A stretch of DNA of 63,667 nucleotides, filler included, from Choristocarpus tenellus KU-1152 (lineage: Eukaryota > Protista > Phaeophyceae), in the NCBI GenBank assembly GCA_964200185.2. It is 12 parts of 12 records of this genome, joined end to end, with 100 filler letters (N's around TTAATTAATTAA, not from the genome) between each part and the next. Parts side by side here need not be neighbours in the genome. Positions count along the whole stretch, not along the records: positions 50,010 to 57,162 come from CAXNAD020006612.1; positions 57,263 to 59,800 come from CAXNAD020026949.1; positions 59,901 to 63,667 come from CAXNAD020018045.1; 9 more parts are not named here. The stretch is one strand, 5' to 3'. How positions within the stretch are numbered: position 1 is the stretch's first letter; each line of letters starts with the position of its first letter. Position numbers and translations under genes: made by a program. A model generated the notes under the pieces. The model was given only the letters and a program-made list of their open reading frames with translations, made no database searches and was not told the DNA's origin. Positions 50,549 to 61,640 of this stretch are shown piece by piece.

Positions 50549-52712
50549 CCATTGTAGTCGAGGTCCTCTATGAAGCCCAGATCCCCTGCGGCAGCCTCCA
50601 CTCCCTGCATAATGTTTTGAGGATACCTCCAGCTGTATCGCTCTCGATCTTGTACAGACTCAGCACATTGTAAGGTGGCAGATTCTCCTGATTCTGCAGC
50701 TTCAGTGGGAGCAGAAGGCGGAACAGTGCCGGCAATAGTAGCTGGAGTGTCACAAGCTCCCTGTTGGAGGGTGCAGTAAGGCCACCTCCCTTCCAAGGGA
50801 GTTCCCTCAAGGTGTCCAAAAGGCTTCGAAGAGCCTGCAATGGCAGCAATGCGAAAGCTGAAGCTTCTGATACCCCGCGTCCTCAGGGTTCCTCGAAATG
50901 AGGACGAGTTTGCCAGTGGAAAGAATGTCACGCTGTATCTTTGATGTTGTATTGGGTGCATACCGGAAATGGATGGTGTTTTGGCAGAAGAGAGGGACGA
51001 GTGAAAGTATCTTATTAAGAGAGGGTACGAGTTTTGCCTTGTTTGTCCATTTGGGACTTGGCTTCCCAAGGGTTCTTTTATGACATTTTCCTACTCCAAA
51101 ATGCTTAGGAGTATGTAAAAATGTCTATGTTATGAAAAGTTATGTCCAGAACATGGATATTGACACTTCCAAACAAACAAGGTAGCCAAAAGTACATCAA
51201 AATCGCAACATTGGATTTTGGACCCCAAATGGACGCGGCTCTACCCTAACCCTAAGATACTTTGCCTCGGATGGGGGGGGGAGACCAAGCTGAAGGATAC
51301 TGCTACAAAAAATTGAGAAATCTCAGGAAAATAAATCAATCTTCCACTTCAATTGTACCAGCAACAACCAACACACACAAAAAAATGACTTCTTGGCTCA
51401 GCGTGTGTAAGTTACATACCAATTGGATACCGTTAACACAGCCCTGGCTGAAGGACTATCTATATTTTCACCACCAATGAATCCAGCCCTCTTGATTCTA
51501 ATCAACTCAGCACTTTGACAATTTGCTTTTACTGTAGACATCTGCTGCAGCTGCTTTGAAGCATGTGATAATAGGCAGCCCACAAACCTCAAGACAGTCC
51601 CCTTGTCCTTTGACCCTCACCCAGAACTCTATCATTGACATCATTTTCCTCTTCTTCCTCAAGTTCAATATCCAGACCAACCTGGTATCTGGCTGCAGTC
51701 CCTTCACTTCAAATATCACTGGTCTGTTGGCCCTCTCCACCTCTTTCATCACACGTACCCCCTCTCCTTCTTTTGCCCCTAGTCTTTGAACTATTGCTGT
51801 CAGCTCCATGGGGACAGACGCCTTCCTTGATGGAGGGAGGCGGTGATGAGGAGTGGAATTAGAGTTAGGGTTAGGGTTCTTTTTGACAAGGCGAGGATTA
51901 GAGTTAGGAAAAGGACTTGAGTCAAAGTATCTTAGAGGGTAGAGCTGCGTCCATTTGGGGCCAAAACCCAATGTTGCGGTTTTGATGCAATTTTGGCCAT
52001 CGTGTTTGTTGGGAAGTGTCAATATCCTTGTTCCGGAAACGTCTCTTTATAAAGTATATATTTTACCTACTCCGAAATAATGTCATAATAAAACCCGTGG
52101 GAAGCCAAGCCCCAAACGGACAAACAGGGAAAAATTCGTACCCTAACCCTAAGATACTTTCACTCACTTAGCAAAGCCAATAGTGAGGTGCTAAAGGAAT
52201 TTTGCAACGTAAACGTGTCTTGTTGGTTCAACATAGCGTATTGGTCATTGCTTTTATGAAACTGGCGGTTTGTATAATATCCCCTTGAGCACTATGCCCA
52301 AGATCATATCAATACGTTTTTAATAATTCTACTATCGCTATTGCTGCTGATGCAAAAAAAAAACGTGACCCACGTCTGGTGAGGGGTGGAAGGCATTGGC
52401 GTAGGGTTGGATTTCATTTCTTCTTTGTCTGAGGTGGAGAGGAAGTCGAATTCTAGCTCCTTCTCCGCTGGGGGTTCCGAAGGCACGGCTAACACTTCTT
52501 TAGGGTGGATTTACAGCCTCAGGTCCAGTATCTTAACTCCAACATCAAATATTTATATCTGATATTTCTGTGTTAGAGGTGCATGTATCCATATCATGTT
52601 CCCAGATTCAAACCTGTACGTAGAAAACGACCCACCTCTACCAAAATATTTGCAGTTGTTTGCTTCACTTCTCCTATGACTGGACCCACAGTGCCCAAGG
52701 CCATGCCGTTGC
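50549..52712 (-). CDS. Internal exons of a PhoD-N (FN3-like) domain protein, putative alkaline phosphatase D family. Exons 52712-52636, 51821-51682, 50938-50549
   Basis: Phase-consistent join gives VGPVIGEVKQTTANILVE-ASVPMEL...RPVIFEVKGLQPDTR-YSVTF...FRGTLRT, the pattern of PhoD N-terminal domains. No catalytic domain is visible. Confidence 0.6.
50999..51268. mobile_element. MITE family B (intronic)
   Basis: Family B TIRs; flanks GGAC/GGAT. Confidence 0.85.
51919..52165. mobile_element. MITE family B (intronic, opposite orientation)
   Basis: Family B TIRs; 4-bp TSD ACTT. Confidence 0.88.
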
Positions 52713-54299
52713 CTTCAGAATAGTAAAAGATGTCCAAGGGCAAGGTTGTTGGTTGGTATGGGTTAGGTTAAAGGCATAAGCTTGAACAAATATTTTGTTT
52801 TAGTATCGTTGTGAAGAAAGGGTTAGGGTTAAAAAAAAGCTTGAACAAATATTTTTACTGATGATATTCCAACACGTTGAGGATAGCATAATTCCTGAAA
52901 GAATTTTCCGTTCACACTATCCTCTTGCCATACAAAAAAAAATTGGACCCGTCCATCATTCAGTCAACGACAGAATTCGATGCATTGTCAAGAAGCTAAT
53001 GGCAAAAATTTCACATTCTCTGGACTCCTTCTGCGCCATTTTAGCCAGGACGTAACTACAGTTTCCTTTTGCAGTCCACATGACTTTTAACTTTTTTATG
53101 GTTGAATCTTCTACAACACTAATATTTTGTCGTGTGCCATACACATGGAAAAGTAATTAGAGTTTCTACATTGAAGTACATTCTAGCCTACATATGTACA
53201 GTTAGATGTGTGACATTCTACTATTAATTATTTTAAGGGGCGTGGCGCATTCATGATCCATATATATATATACTGACACAATTTATAATCCTATTTGTAC
53301 TTTGTATTTCATTTTTGGATTTGTAGTCATTAATGCGCCCTCAATCGCACGACGGTGAGCTGTATAAGTGATCTGTACAATTACTACAGGTGCAACCTCT
53401 TCGATTTTTTTTTTTGTTTCCAATCTCTTCAAATAACTACTGAATACTCCTCGGAATAGAATGGAAGGTCATGATATCACCATCTAACAGGTATCCACCC
53501 TCCCCTTCATATCCAGGAATATAGAAAGAAGTACAGTAACCCTTTTTTATCCCTCAAGGACAGCTTTTGCTTTTTTCGGGTGGGATAGAGGTCTGTTCAT
53601 TGTTTATGACTTTCCTCCCACTCTCTACACACAATATACGTTAGGGATGCCAAGCTCTCTAAAGGAGATCACCAATTCATTATTTAACACTTTATGTATG
53701 AGTATTCATTGTTCTTCAAAATGGTCTAAGGGGTTGTGGTCCAGAGGCAGTCAGAGGAAAGTAGTAATATGTATTTCTTCACTGAAATACAAAGTATCAT
53801 GGAAGAAATAACACAGGTAGCAAATAAAGCAGATGAAAAGCACCAGATAATGACAAAATACTTGGGATAGGCGATTTATTAGTGTCATCACACATCAAGT
53901 CCTACGTTTTGGGTGAGTACCCAAAGCAAACAAGAGGTACTAAGGTTTTAGCCGTTTGCTTTTCAAGTCTGTATTTCAATATTTGCAATTCACCCATATT
54001 TCTATGTATGAACTTCTCTGAGTTCTATTTGAGAGGGCTAATTTCTCCACTGAGACTTTTCCGACACAATTCAGAAAAACCATCTATCGCATGTCACACA
54101 AAGGAAGGCGCAAGATATATCAATTCCCACAAACATGGGGACTATGAGAAAATCAGTCTTCAGGAGACAGAGGTGATTGTGCATATACGATGATCTCCTT
54201 GATTTGGCTGCGATGCCGTTATAGCATGCCGCATACATGAGCTTTCACAACATTGCTGGGATGACTACCTGTACATAAAGTTCTCTATGCCGTTCACCA

Positions 54300-55785
54300 C
54301 AAGCTCGTACTCTATCCCTTCAAACCGTTTAAGTAACCCATGAAAGCTTCTCCAGGTCATCTTGCAGTCGCATTACATACCCAGTACTTCTCCTGCCCAT
54401 CTTGCTTCCGTTTTCCGTGAGCAAGTTCTCTGAATATCAACACCTTTAGGGGTCGCTCACCCCCCTTGTGTGGAACTGACACTATGAACAGGAGTCTCCA
54501 TTTTCGCACACAGTCACACCGAATCTTCACAATGGCATATTTGTAGGACACTGTGTGATTGGTGCATTCTCGCTTGTGAAAACCCCGTTTGATGTAGAAG
54601 GAATTTGTGGTGATGAAAGCAAAGCTTCATACAGTGAACTTGGTAGAATATCCGTCCCATCACACAACAATAAAACAGGACCCCAAGTACTTCAGCCTTG
54701 AGCATTCGAATCTTAAGTTCAAGTTAAACACCTTTGGTTCTATCGTAAGGCACTTGACTGTACTTGCATAAAACAACCCCATACTATCTGTACCCATCCA
54801 CATGTAACAGCGTTGATAACAGATTCATCACTAACGATGCCTCCATGGTAAACAAACTTGTCAGCCTGCTTGTAGCTCTGACCCAAAGCCCAGATCTGCA
54901 TAATGTCTGCGGCCTTACTGGGAAGTTGATGGCACATGGTCTTGATCTTCAACCTAGACACATTCAGCCCAATTGACCTGGCCACCTTCACAATCACTGT
55001 TATCATCCTGGTCAAACCTCCTCGACCTCAGACACAATGCTGGCATAATTACCAGGCCCTTTAAGAAAAGACTTTCCTGACCTCAAACCAATTTGTAGGC
55101 TCTCCATCATCCTTGCGGATGCTTGCAAGTACTCCAGAGTCAAACTATCTCAGAGGGTAGAGCCGCGTCCATTTGGGGCCCAAAATCCAATGTTGATATT
55201 TTGATGTAATTTTGGCTATCGAGTTTGTTAGGAAGCGTTAATATCCTTGTTCCAGAACTCACCTTTTCATCACATCGCATTTTACCTACTCCAAACTATT
55301 TCGGATTAGGTAAAATGTAATTAAAAACCCATGGGAAGTCAAGCCACAAACAGGGCAAACCTCATACCCTCTGAGATACTTTCACTCTCCATTGTGGAAT
55401 TGGCGGATGAATGAGATCATCTTCTCAGGCACTCCAATCTTGGGCGGGAACAGTCCACAAGCAATGGAGACACCATATATTTTGTGTAGGTCAATAAACC
55501 CATTAATCGAGGTAAATGTTTTTCCATTCCAGCTACTGGAGATCACATGAGGCTTACACCATGTCAATTGTGGGAGTGTTGGGGCCAGAAACCACATTGT
55601 TCCTTGTGTAGTCCCATTCCAGGCATGCTTCAAATCATCGTACAACAACCTTGGGAAGCACTTTCCCAGTGTGTGCCATCAATGAGATACCACGAGAAAA
55701 ACGTCGAACCAAAAACAATTTGGCAAGGCGTCATCGCCACACAATACTGTAGGAGGTCTGGACAAAATTTGAGAGAGGAGAGAGA
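54300..55785 (-). mobile_element. Degenerate RTE-clade LINE reverse transcriptase remnant
   Basis: Fragments FIDLHKIY, KIGVPEKMISFIRQFHNG, GLNVSRLKIKTM, KFVYHGG and LKAEVLGVLFY, with many stops and frameshifts. Boundaries approximate. Confidence 0.75.
55137..55387. mobile_element. MITE family B inserted in the RTE remnant
   Basis: Family B TIRs; 4-bp TSD TCCA. A more divergent relative lies at about 55789-56040. Confidence 0.88.
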
Positions 55786-56339
55786 GCAGAGACCGAAACC
55801 ATTTAAGAGGGTAGGGTCGCGTCCGCTCGGGGTCACAAATCCAATGTTGTGATTTTGATGAATATCGGCTATCGCATTTGTTTTATTCTCCTTGCTCCAG
55901 GTACACATTTCATAGTTGTATACACCTTAGGTAACTGTATTAACACAGAAAACCGAAAATGAACAAATAAAGTCCGTGGGAAGCCAAGCCCTGAACGGAC
56001 AAACAGGGAAAAATCCCTACCCTCTTAAACGCTTAGAGTCAAATATTGGTGAGATAGATCCCAGATTAAGGTGAAAAAGAGGTTGGTAGCTGTTCATATT
56101 AGCCGACTCAGTAGCATGGTTGTCCCACCCTAAATCAGATGACGGTGAGCTGCGTGGTGCAATCTCTTCACTTCTCCAGAATACTACCCAGAATGATCAC
56201 TTTGAGTTAGTTGCCTCTGCTTGCAACCACTGGGCGCACATGTGGCGAGTGAGTATCCCTTGGAGAAAACTGGACTTGATTACACTTAGCACCCTCGTCG
56301 ATCGATATTCCTTAACAATCCCAAACGTTTTGTCCACAC

Positions 56340-56650
56340 TGGCCCCAGTGGCGGGCCAGGGCTAACGAATTACTTTCCCTCCCTTGTTCTGCATCGTCTC
56401 GTAGGTTGGCCAATTGCGCCCGGAAAGAGCTGAATCAGATCCTGTCAATGAGGCGGGTGATTTCATGGTGTGCCCTCTTTGTGATCCTAGTATCGTGGGC
56501 TGCTAGAGTGTCGACCTCTGGAACAGGTATCGGGGCTGTTGTCCCCCCCCAGGCTACCCAGCCTTGGCCAATAATTTCCGCCAAGTCTTCTAAGGGGACT
56601 ACTATCGAGGGGAGGGTGTGGATGGATGATCCCAGGGTCCTACCTGTGGG
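56340..56650 (-). mobile_element. Third CRE-like fragment
   Basis: EDLAEIIGQ.WV.WGGT..P.P.PEV..L.AHD..IT.RA.H.ITRL is shared with 49445-49885. Confidence 0.75.
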
Positions 56651-59062
56651 GATCGTACAGATGACTTTATCATAAAGCCTCTTCATGATGCCATATATAT
56701 ATTATTATGGCCCTGTGACATTTTTCAGATTTGTCAGGGATAGAGCCAAACCAATATCATAAGGATTTTTGGAAAAGAATAAGTTAAGTTGTAAATGTGA
56801 AAGATATCTCCCCAAGAATCATTTATTAGATAATCTAGTTATACTAAAACATTTCCATAAAGGTTAGCAATGTATTCATTATATAACATAACTCATACCA
56901 TTCGAGCCTGACAATTTCATAAGCCGGAAAAAACAAATCCAATGTGCACAGTACAAATCAATTTCCGACAAATCAGTGCCGTTCCTGTCATTGATCTGAG
57001 TTACGCATGTTGAGGTACATCCCCGCAATTCAAACATTTAGGAGTCAACTCTTTCATTTGTGTATCCCAATCTGTTGTACACATTAATGGGTCAAAGTAT
57101 CTGGGGGGGGGTGTCGGTGTCCGTTTTTCACCCTTTTTTCGATTTTCACTTTTTGGTGTGATNNNNNNNNNNNNNNNNNNNNNNNNNNNNNNNNNNNNNN
57201 NNNNNNTTAATTAATTAANNNNNNNNNNNNNNNNNNNNNNNNNNNNNNNNNNNNNNNNNNNNAGATCCAGCATACTTGACGACTTGTACATCAGGAGTCC
57301 TATACGTACATCAGTATCATCTATAAGCCCGTAGATTGGAGCTATACATCCTGTGGGGGAAAGCTTTCGGGAGCGCCTGCAACATAGATCCCCTCCCACC
57401 CCCAGATACTCTGGGCCCTTAACCAGCGCCCTCCATAAAGGGGGTAAAAGGACTTCTGAGGCAGCGTCCAACAATGGGCTGTCCACGAAGATAAAAATTG
57501 TCGACATTGGCAGGTACATCAGCTATATCTTTGGCTTTGCTACTGCATAGATTTCTTCAACAGCCAAGCTCACTAGTTCAGACCTTAAGGGTGGTACAAA
57601 CATTAGAGCTTGTCGGTTGATGAATCCCTTGCCACCTCGCCGCGTCTTACGATTGGAAGCAACATAATCAAGGTGACGGACCGATACCGATATGATACGG
57701 TTATTGGATTCCGTTGGCAATGCTAGGTGCGCCCTCACGTTCCAAATGATTCCGTGATCACCCTGATGTGTAATAACGGAAGTTAAGCCCAAGACACCTC
57801 ATTTCTCCTCAATGACCAAAGTACAAACGGAACCCTCTCCCCTTGGATACGCTGGAAAAAGTATAGACATGTGCAAGTCTAATTATCGCTGCAAATATCA
57901 AAAGACGCTCACCATCTATAATAAAAAAACTTCGTCCATTTGTCCCAAGAATCCTGGTGCTGTGCCACCCCCCTCCTTTACCTCTATTTCCAGTGCGCGC
58001 AATCACATCCACTATAATAAAGAGCTTATCCTTAGGGGAGAGTGCTGCACCACAGTGTGGAACTTCTCCCAGAAAGCATCCTTAGATAGTTCTAAGGCGT
58101 CTTCTGTTGGGGCACTCAAGAAAGCCTTTACTTCCACTCAAATAGCTCAACGCAAAAAATCCCACCTTTTCTTGTCTTTTGGAGCCCAATCACATTGCAT
58201 TGTAAACCCATGCCCGTCACATAAAGGCCACCGCATGACCCACTCCGTTCTTGCATTTCTCTCAGCCATGGTTCGGATATTCCACCTATCCATAGTCAAG
58301 TAACTCTTTGTTGCTGGATATATGGCACTTCAGAGTAGATGTGTTACAGGCGAATAGTGCGAGTATTTTTTCCCGCGCTTTAAACGGCATGGAGGTGAGC
58401 TTTGAGGGCCTGTAACAGATGATGTGCATGGAAGGGGATAAACCCTCGATCTCTTTCAAAAATATTTTTTCTCTCCCAGTTCCTAGCTTATCTGAAGAAT
58501 ACCCCATACGTGCCTCACTTCACACGCCGAGGGGCTACCAGATTCACGCCTCGACTCCAACATCTACCTTCTTCAAGACGCCGAATCTGGTGGATAATCG
58601 TGGAACGGCGTTCTGCAAGGAAACTATGTTGGTTACATTTTCCGCATGATGGTACGACGTCTGAAGGGGACTGTGCGTTCGTGAGGCTTATCACCGTCAT
58701 CCCCCCAAACCCATCTATGCCGTATATGTTACATGGTGAATTGTTTACACATCATTGTTGTTTTGTACATTGGTCTCAGGTCCCAAATCCAGAACATATG
58801 ATGGAAAGGTCGATAATGCTTGGCATAAACAATACACACATACACTACTTGACATATTGAGTATGATAACTCATGTGGAAAGCATGTTTGTCTGTTGTTA
58901 TACCGTTATGGCCATATGTCATATGCTGTTATACCGTTGTACCGATTGAGGTTCCTTGTCAAGCATCCATGATTCCACTGGCGGACCTTCCGTCAGAGTG
59001 AAACCATGGAATCTCTTCGCGAGACCAATCCCACAGACTTGGGACAGTTCGTCATTCAGAGT

Positions 59063-59510
59063 TGTCACACATGGAAGATCCACTTTGCTCTTACGTCTTG
59101 ACTTGAAGTCATGAAGTCCTTCTTAGAAGATGCTCAAGACTCCTAGATTTGCACTTATCCAACCTTAACCTCGTACCCTCGGTTACGGTTCGTCTTTGTT
59201 CGTCAGGTCCGTCTTGCCCAGTGATTCTCTTCACCACCCTTGCCTGTGTGAACCACGCCGCCACAGAATCACACAATTCACATTGGCGACACCGGTGAGA
59301 TTCGAACTCACGCGTGCGAAGCACACAAACTTAGCAGGCTTGAGCCCTTCTTAGAAGATGCTCATGACTCCTAGATTTGCACTTGTCCAACCTTAACCTC
59401 GTACCCTCGGTTACGGTTCATCTTTGTTCGTCTGGTCCCTCTTGCCCAGTGATTCTCTTCACTACCCTTGCCTGTGTGAACCACGCCGCCACAGAATCGC
59501 ACGATTCACA
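59063..59510 (+). mobile_element. LTR (59063-59282), extended tRNA-derived PBS (59284-59345), 5'-truncated LTR (59346-59510)
   Basis: TGT...ACA LTR of about 220 bp followed by T-TGG. A ~165-bp direct repeat with about 8 substitutions ends at the same TTCACA. Confidence 0.8.
59284..59342 (-). pseudogene. Reverse-transcribed 3' portion of mature tRNA-Ser(GCT), including CCA
   Basis: Reverse complement folds as CAAGC-CTGCTAA-GTTTG, GTGC-TTC-GCAC variable arm, GTGAG-TTCGAAT-CTCAC, CGGTGTC-G-CCA. D-arm and 5' acceptor strand are absent. Confidence 0.9.
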
Positions 59511-59900
59511 CTCATAATAATATAACTATAACACCTTCACACATTTGGAAAAAGTCAACCGTACATATTGAACGCAAAACAAAAACTAAAAAATATGCTC
59601 TCACTCCTTCTACATATTATCTTAAGTAAAAATGTGAAATTTTGTTTTGCTCACGAATTCTGGATGATTATTATTATTATTATTATTATTTTGCACATTC
59701 CTATTTTCTTATTTTCCTCTATCCTCTATTCCCCATTTGATGACCAACCAGTGCAAATGCCCTTTGTCACTGATTGCCAGCCATCCCATTCTATGACCAA
59801 NNNNNNNNNNNNNNNNNNNNNNNNNNNNNNNNNNNNNNNNNNNNTTAATTAATTAANNNNNNNNNNNNNNNNNNNNNNNNNNNNNNNNNNNNNNNNNNNN

Positions 59901-61640
59901 CATTAAATGAGCACCACTTTCGAGTGCGGTCTCCACTTCTTTAGACCCGCATCCTTTGCCTTTGCCGCAGAATTCGCATGTGCATGCGCAAGCGCGTTGT
60001 CCATCATCTCAAAAGCTCATTATTCCATGTACTCTCTTCCAGTTCTGTCTTAGGCACTGAACCTGGAGGTCAGTGGCCATATGGTGTATACAAATGCACG
60101 ATCTGTGTTGCGCAGGAGAGTGGAGGGAGGAATGCGGTTGGGGGGTTATCCTCACTTTTTTTTGTGTGGACACTCATGATGCATAACGTGACGAGCTATC
60201 CTGTCGCGCGGTTAGGAAAAATGTAGAGATGCCCGGTCGCCACTGTAGCGTGTATATAAGAAAACCCCGATAGGCTCGATTTCCGCGCATCATACCTTGG
60301 CGTGGCCTTTGAAATGTAGAATGGTCTCCACTTCACGAATGTTGACAGACAGGGTATTGGTCCTGGGATCCCCTCCTGTTGGAATCTCTCCTTGAAGTTG
60401 GCATAGACATCCTCATCTGTGCCAATCTGTGACCTGTTATGACGAGGGTTGCACCATGTGTATATGTGGTGTAAATGTAACAGTTTGGTTGGAGGGTGAA
60501 AATGTGTTGCACTGTGATGATTAATCCGTGAAGTGTCGGGGGTGGATACACGCGTAATATTGTTGAAGATGACACTCGCTAGTGTTGAGCACCTCTGAGC
60601 GTGCTGTTGGCACAGCGCATCAGGATGGCAAACTCTCTTGTTCGTATGTGGGTCTAAGTAGTGCATTCCCTGGGCGGCATCATGAGATGTGACCGGATCG
60701 TGGGGCATGGCGGTGCTGCTGCTCTCCCACACGGTGATACCCAGAACATGTGTATCCGGATGCAAGACATGGAACTGTCGTGAGGAGTTGTCCCTTCTAA
60801 TGTCGAACACCCTTGGTCTGCCGTTTTGTGCGAGGAACAATGGCAGATAAGGGGCGGGTGTGTCGGTTGTGCAGCATAGTATGAGGGATCATCCGGGCAT
60901 CCCCGTTAGTGATGAAACTGTGTTCTATATATACACAGTGAATATGTTCGCCCGGGGGGGGGGGGGAGGTTTGTGTGTCACCCTGGTGGTGGNNNNNNNN
61001 NNCTCCCTGTGGGGAATGAGGGTTTTTTCTAAATATAAGGATTTATTTTGTCCGCCGGGGGGGGGGGGGGGAGGTTTGTGTGTCACACTGTTGGTGGTTG
61101 AGTGAGAAAAGACGAAATTCCATACCTGTGTGAGGTGCCTGGAGTGTAGTCGTGAGCGACGTTTATGTTTGAGTTGGGAGAGAAGCCCCCAACGTCATCT
61201 GTAGCCGATTCGGATGGGCTTGCCTATGGCTGCATGTCTCGCAAGAATTCCGTTCGTTTTTCGGCGGACGATCTAAGTATGTCAATGCTGATGTTGTACT
61301 TCTTTGCTTTGACAGACAGAAGTGGTTGAAACGTTGATGTCACCCCGTCTTCGCCTTTTACAACATCGGGAGTGATGCTGACGAGGACAGACTTGTACAC
61401 CTGGCGCGTGTGGTCGGTGCTAAGATCATTCTTTATACCTTGGAGGAAAGTATAAACCTGGAGATCAGGCGTTGACTCGCGTTGTTCCCGACCCAACACA
61501 ACTCGCAGTGCACTTGCCAACGGTGCAAATCTGCTCTTTTCATCCAACAACCAAGAGGCAAGGTCGTTCCAAGTGCAGCCGCTCTCTTCCATCTCTTCTG
61601 GTCCATTGTGGTTGACAAACATGGAGAGGAAGAGGTCCAT
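59901..61640 (-). pseudogene. Spliced Sola2-like transposase remnant. Exons about 61640-61224, 60817-60593, 60433-60296, 60102-59901
   Basis: Phase-consistent splicing gives TDEDVYANF...LSTFVKWRPFYISKATPR-SCICIHH, resembling the SxFxxxRPxxV...CxCxxH motif of Sola2-type transposases. In-frame TGA near 60009. The DDD core is not in the window. Confidence 0.55.

Noticed and set aside
59284-59342. Functional or split tRNA-Ser gene
   Set aside because: No A-box, D-arm or 5' acceptor strand nearby. Encoded CCA and position directly after an LTR indicate a cDNA copy.
60940-61100. Tandem duplication of a G-run block around a 10-N gap (a similar G-run gap lies at 16450-16615)
   Set aside because: Probably an assembly artefact at homopolymer-containing scaffold gaps.
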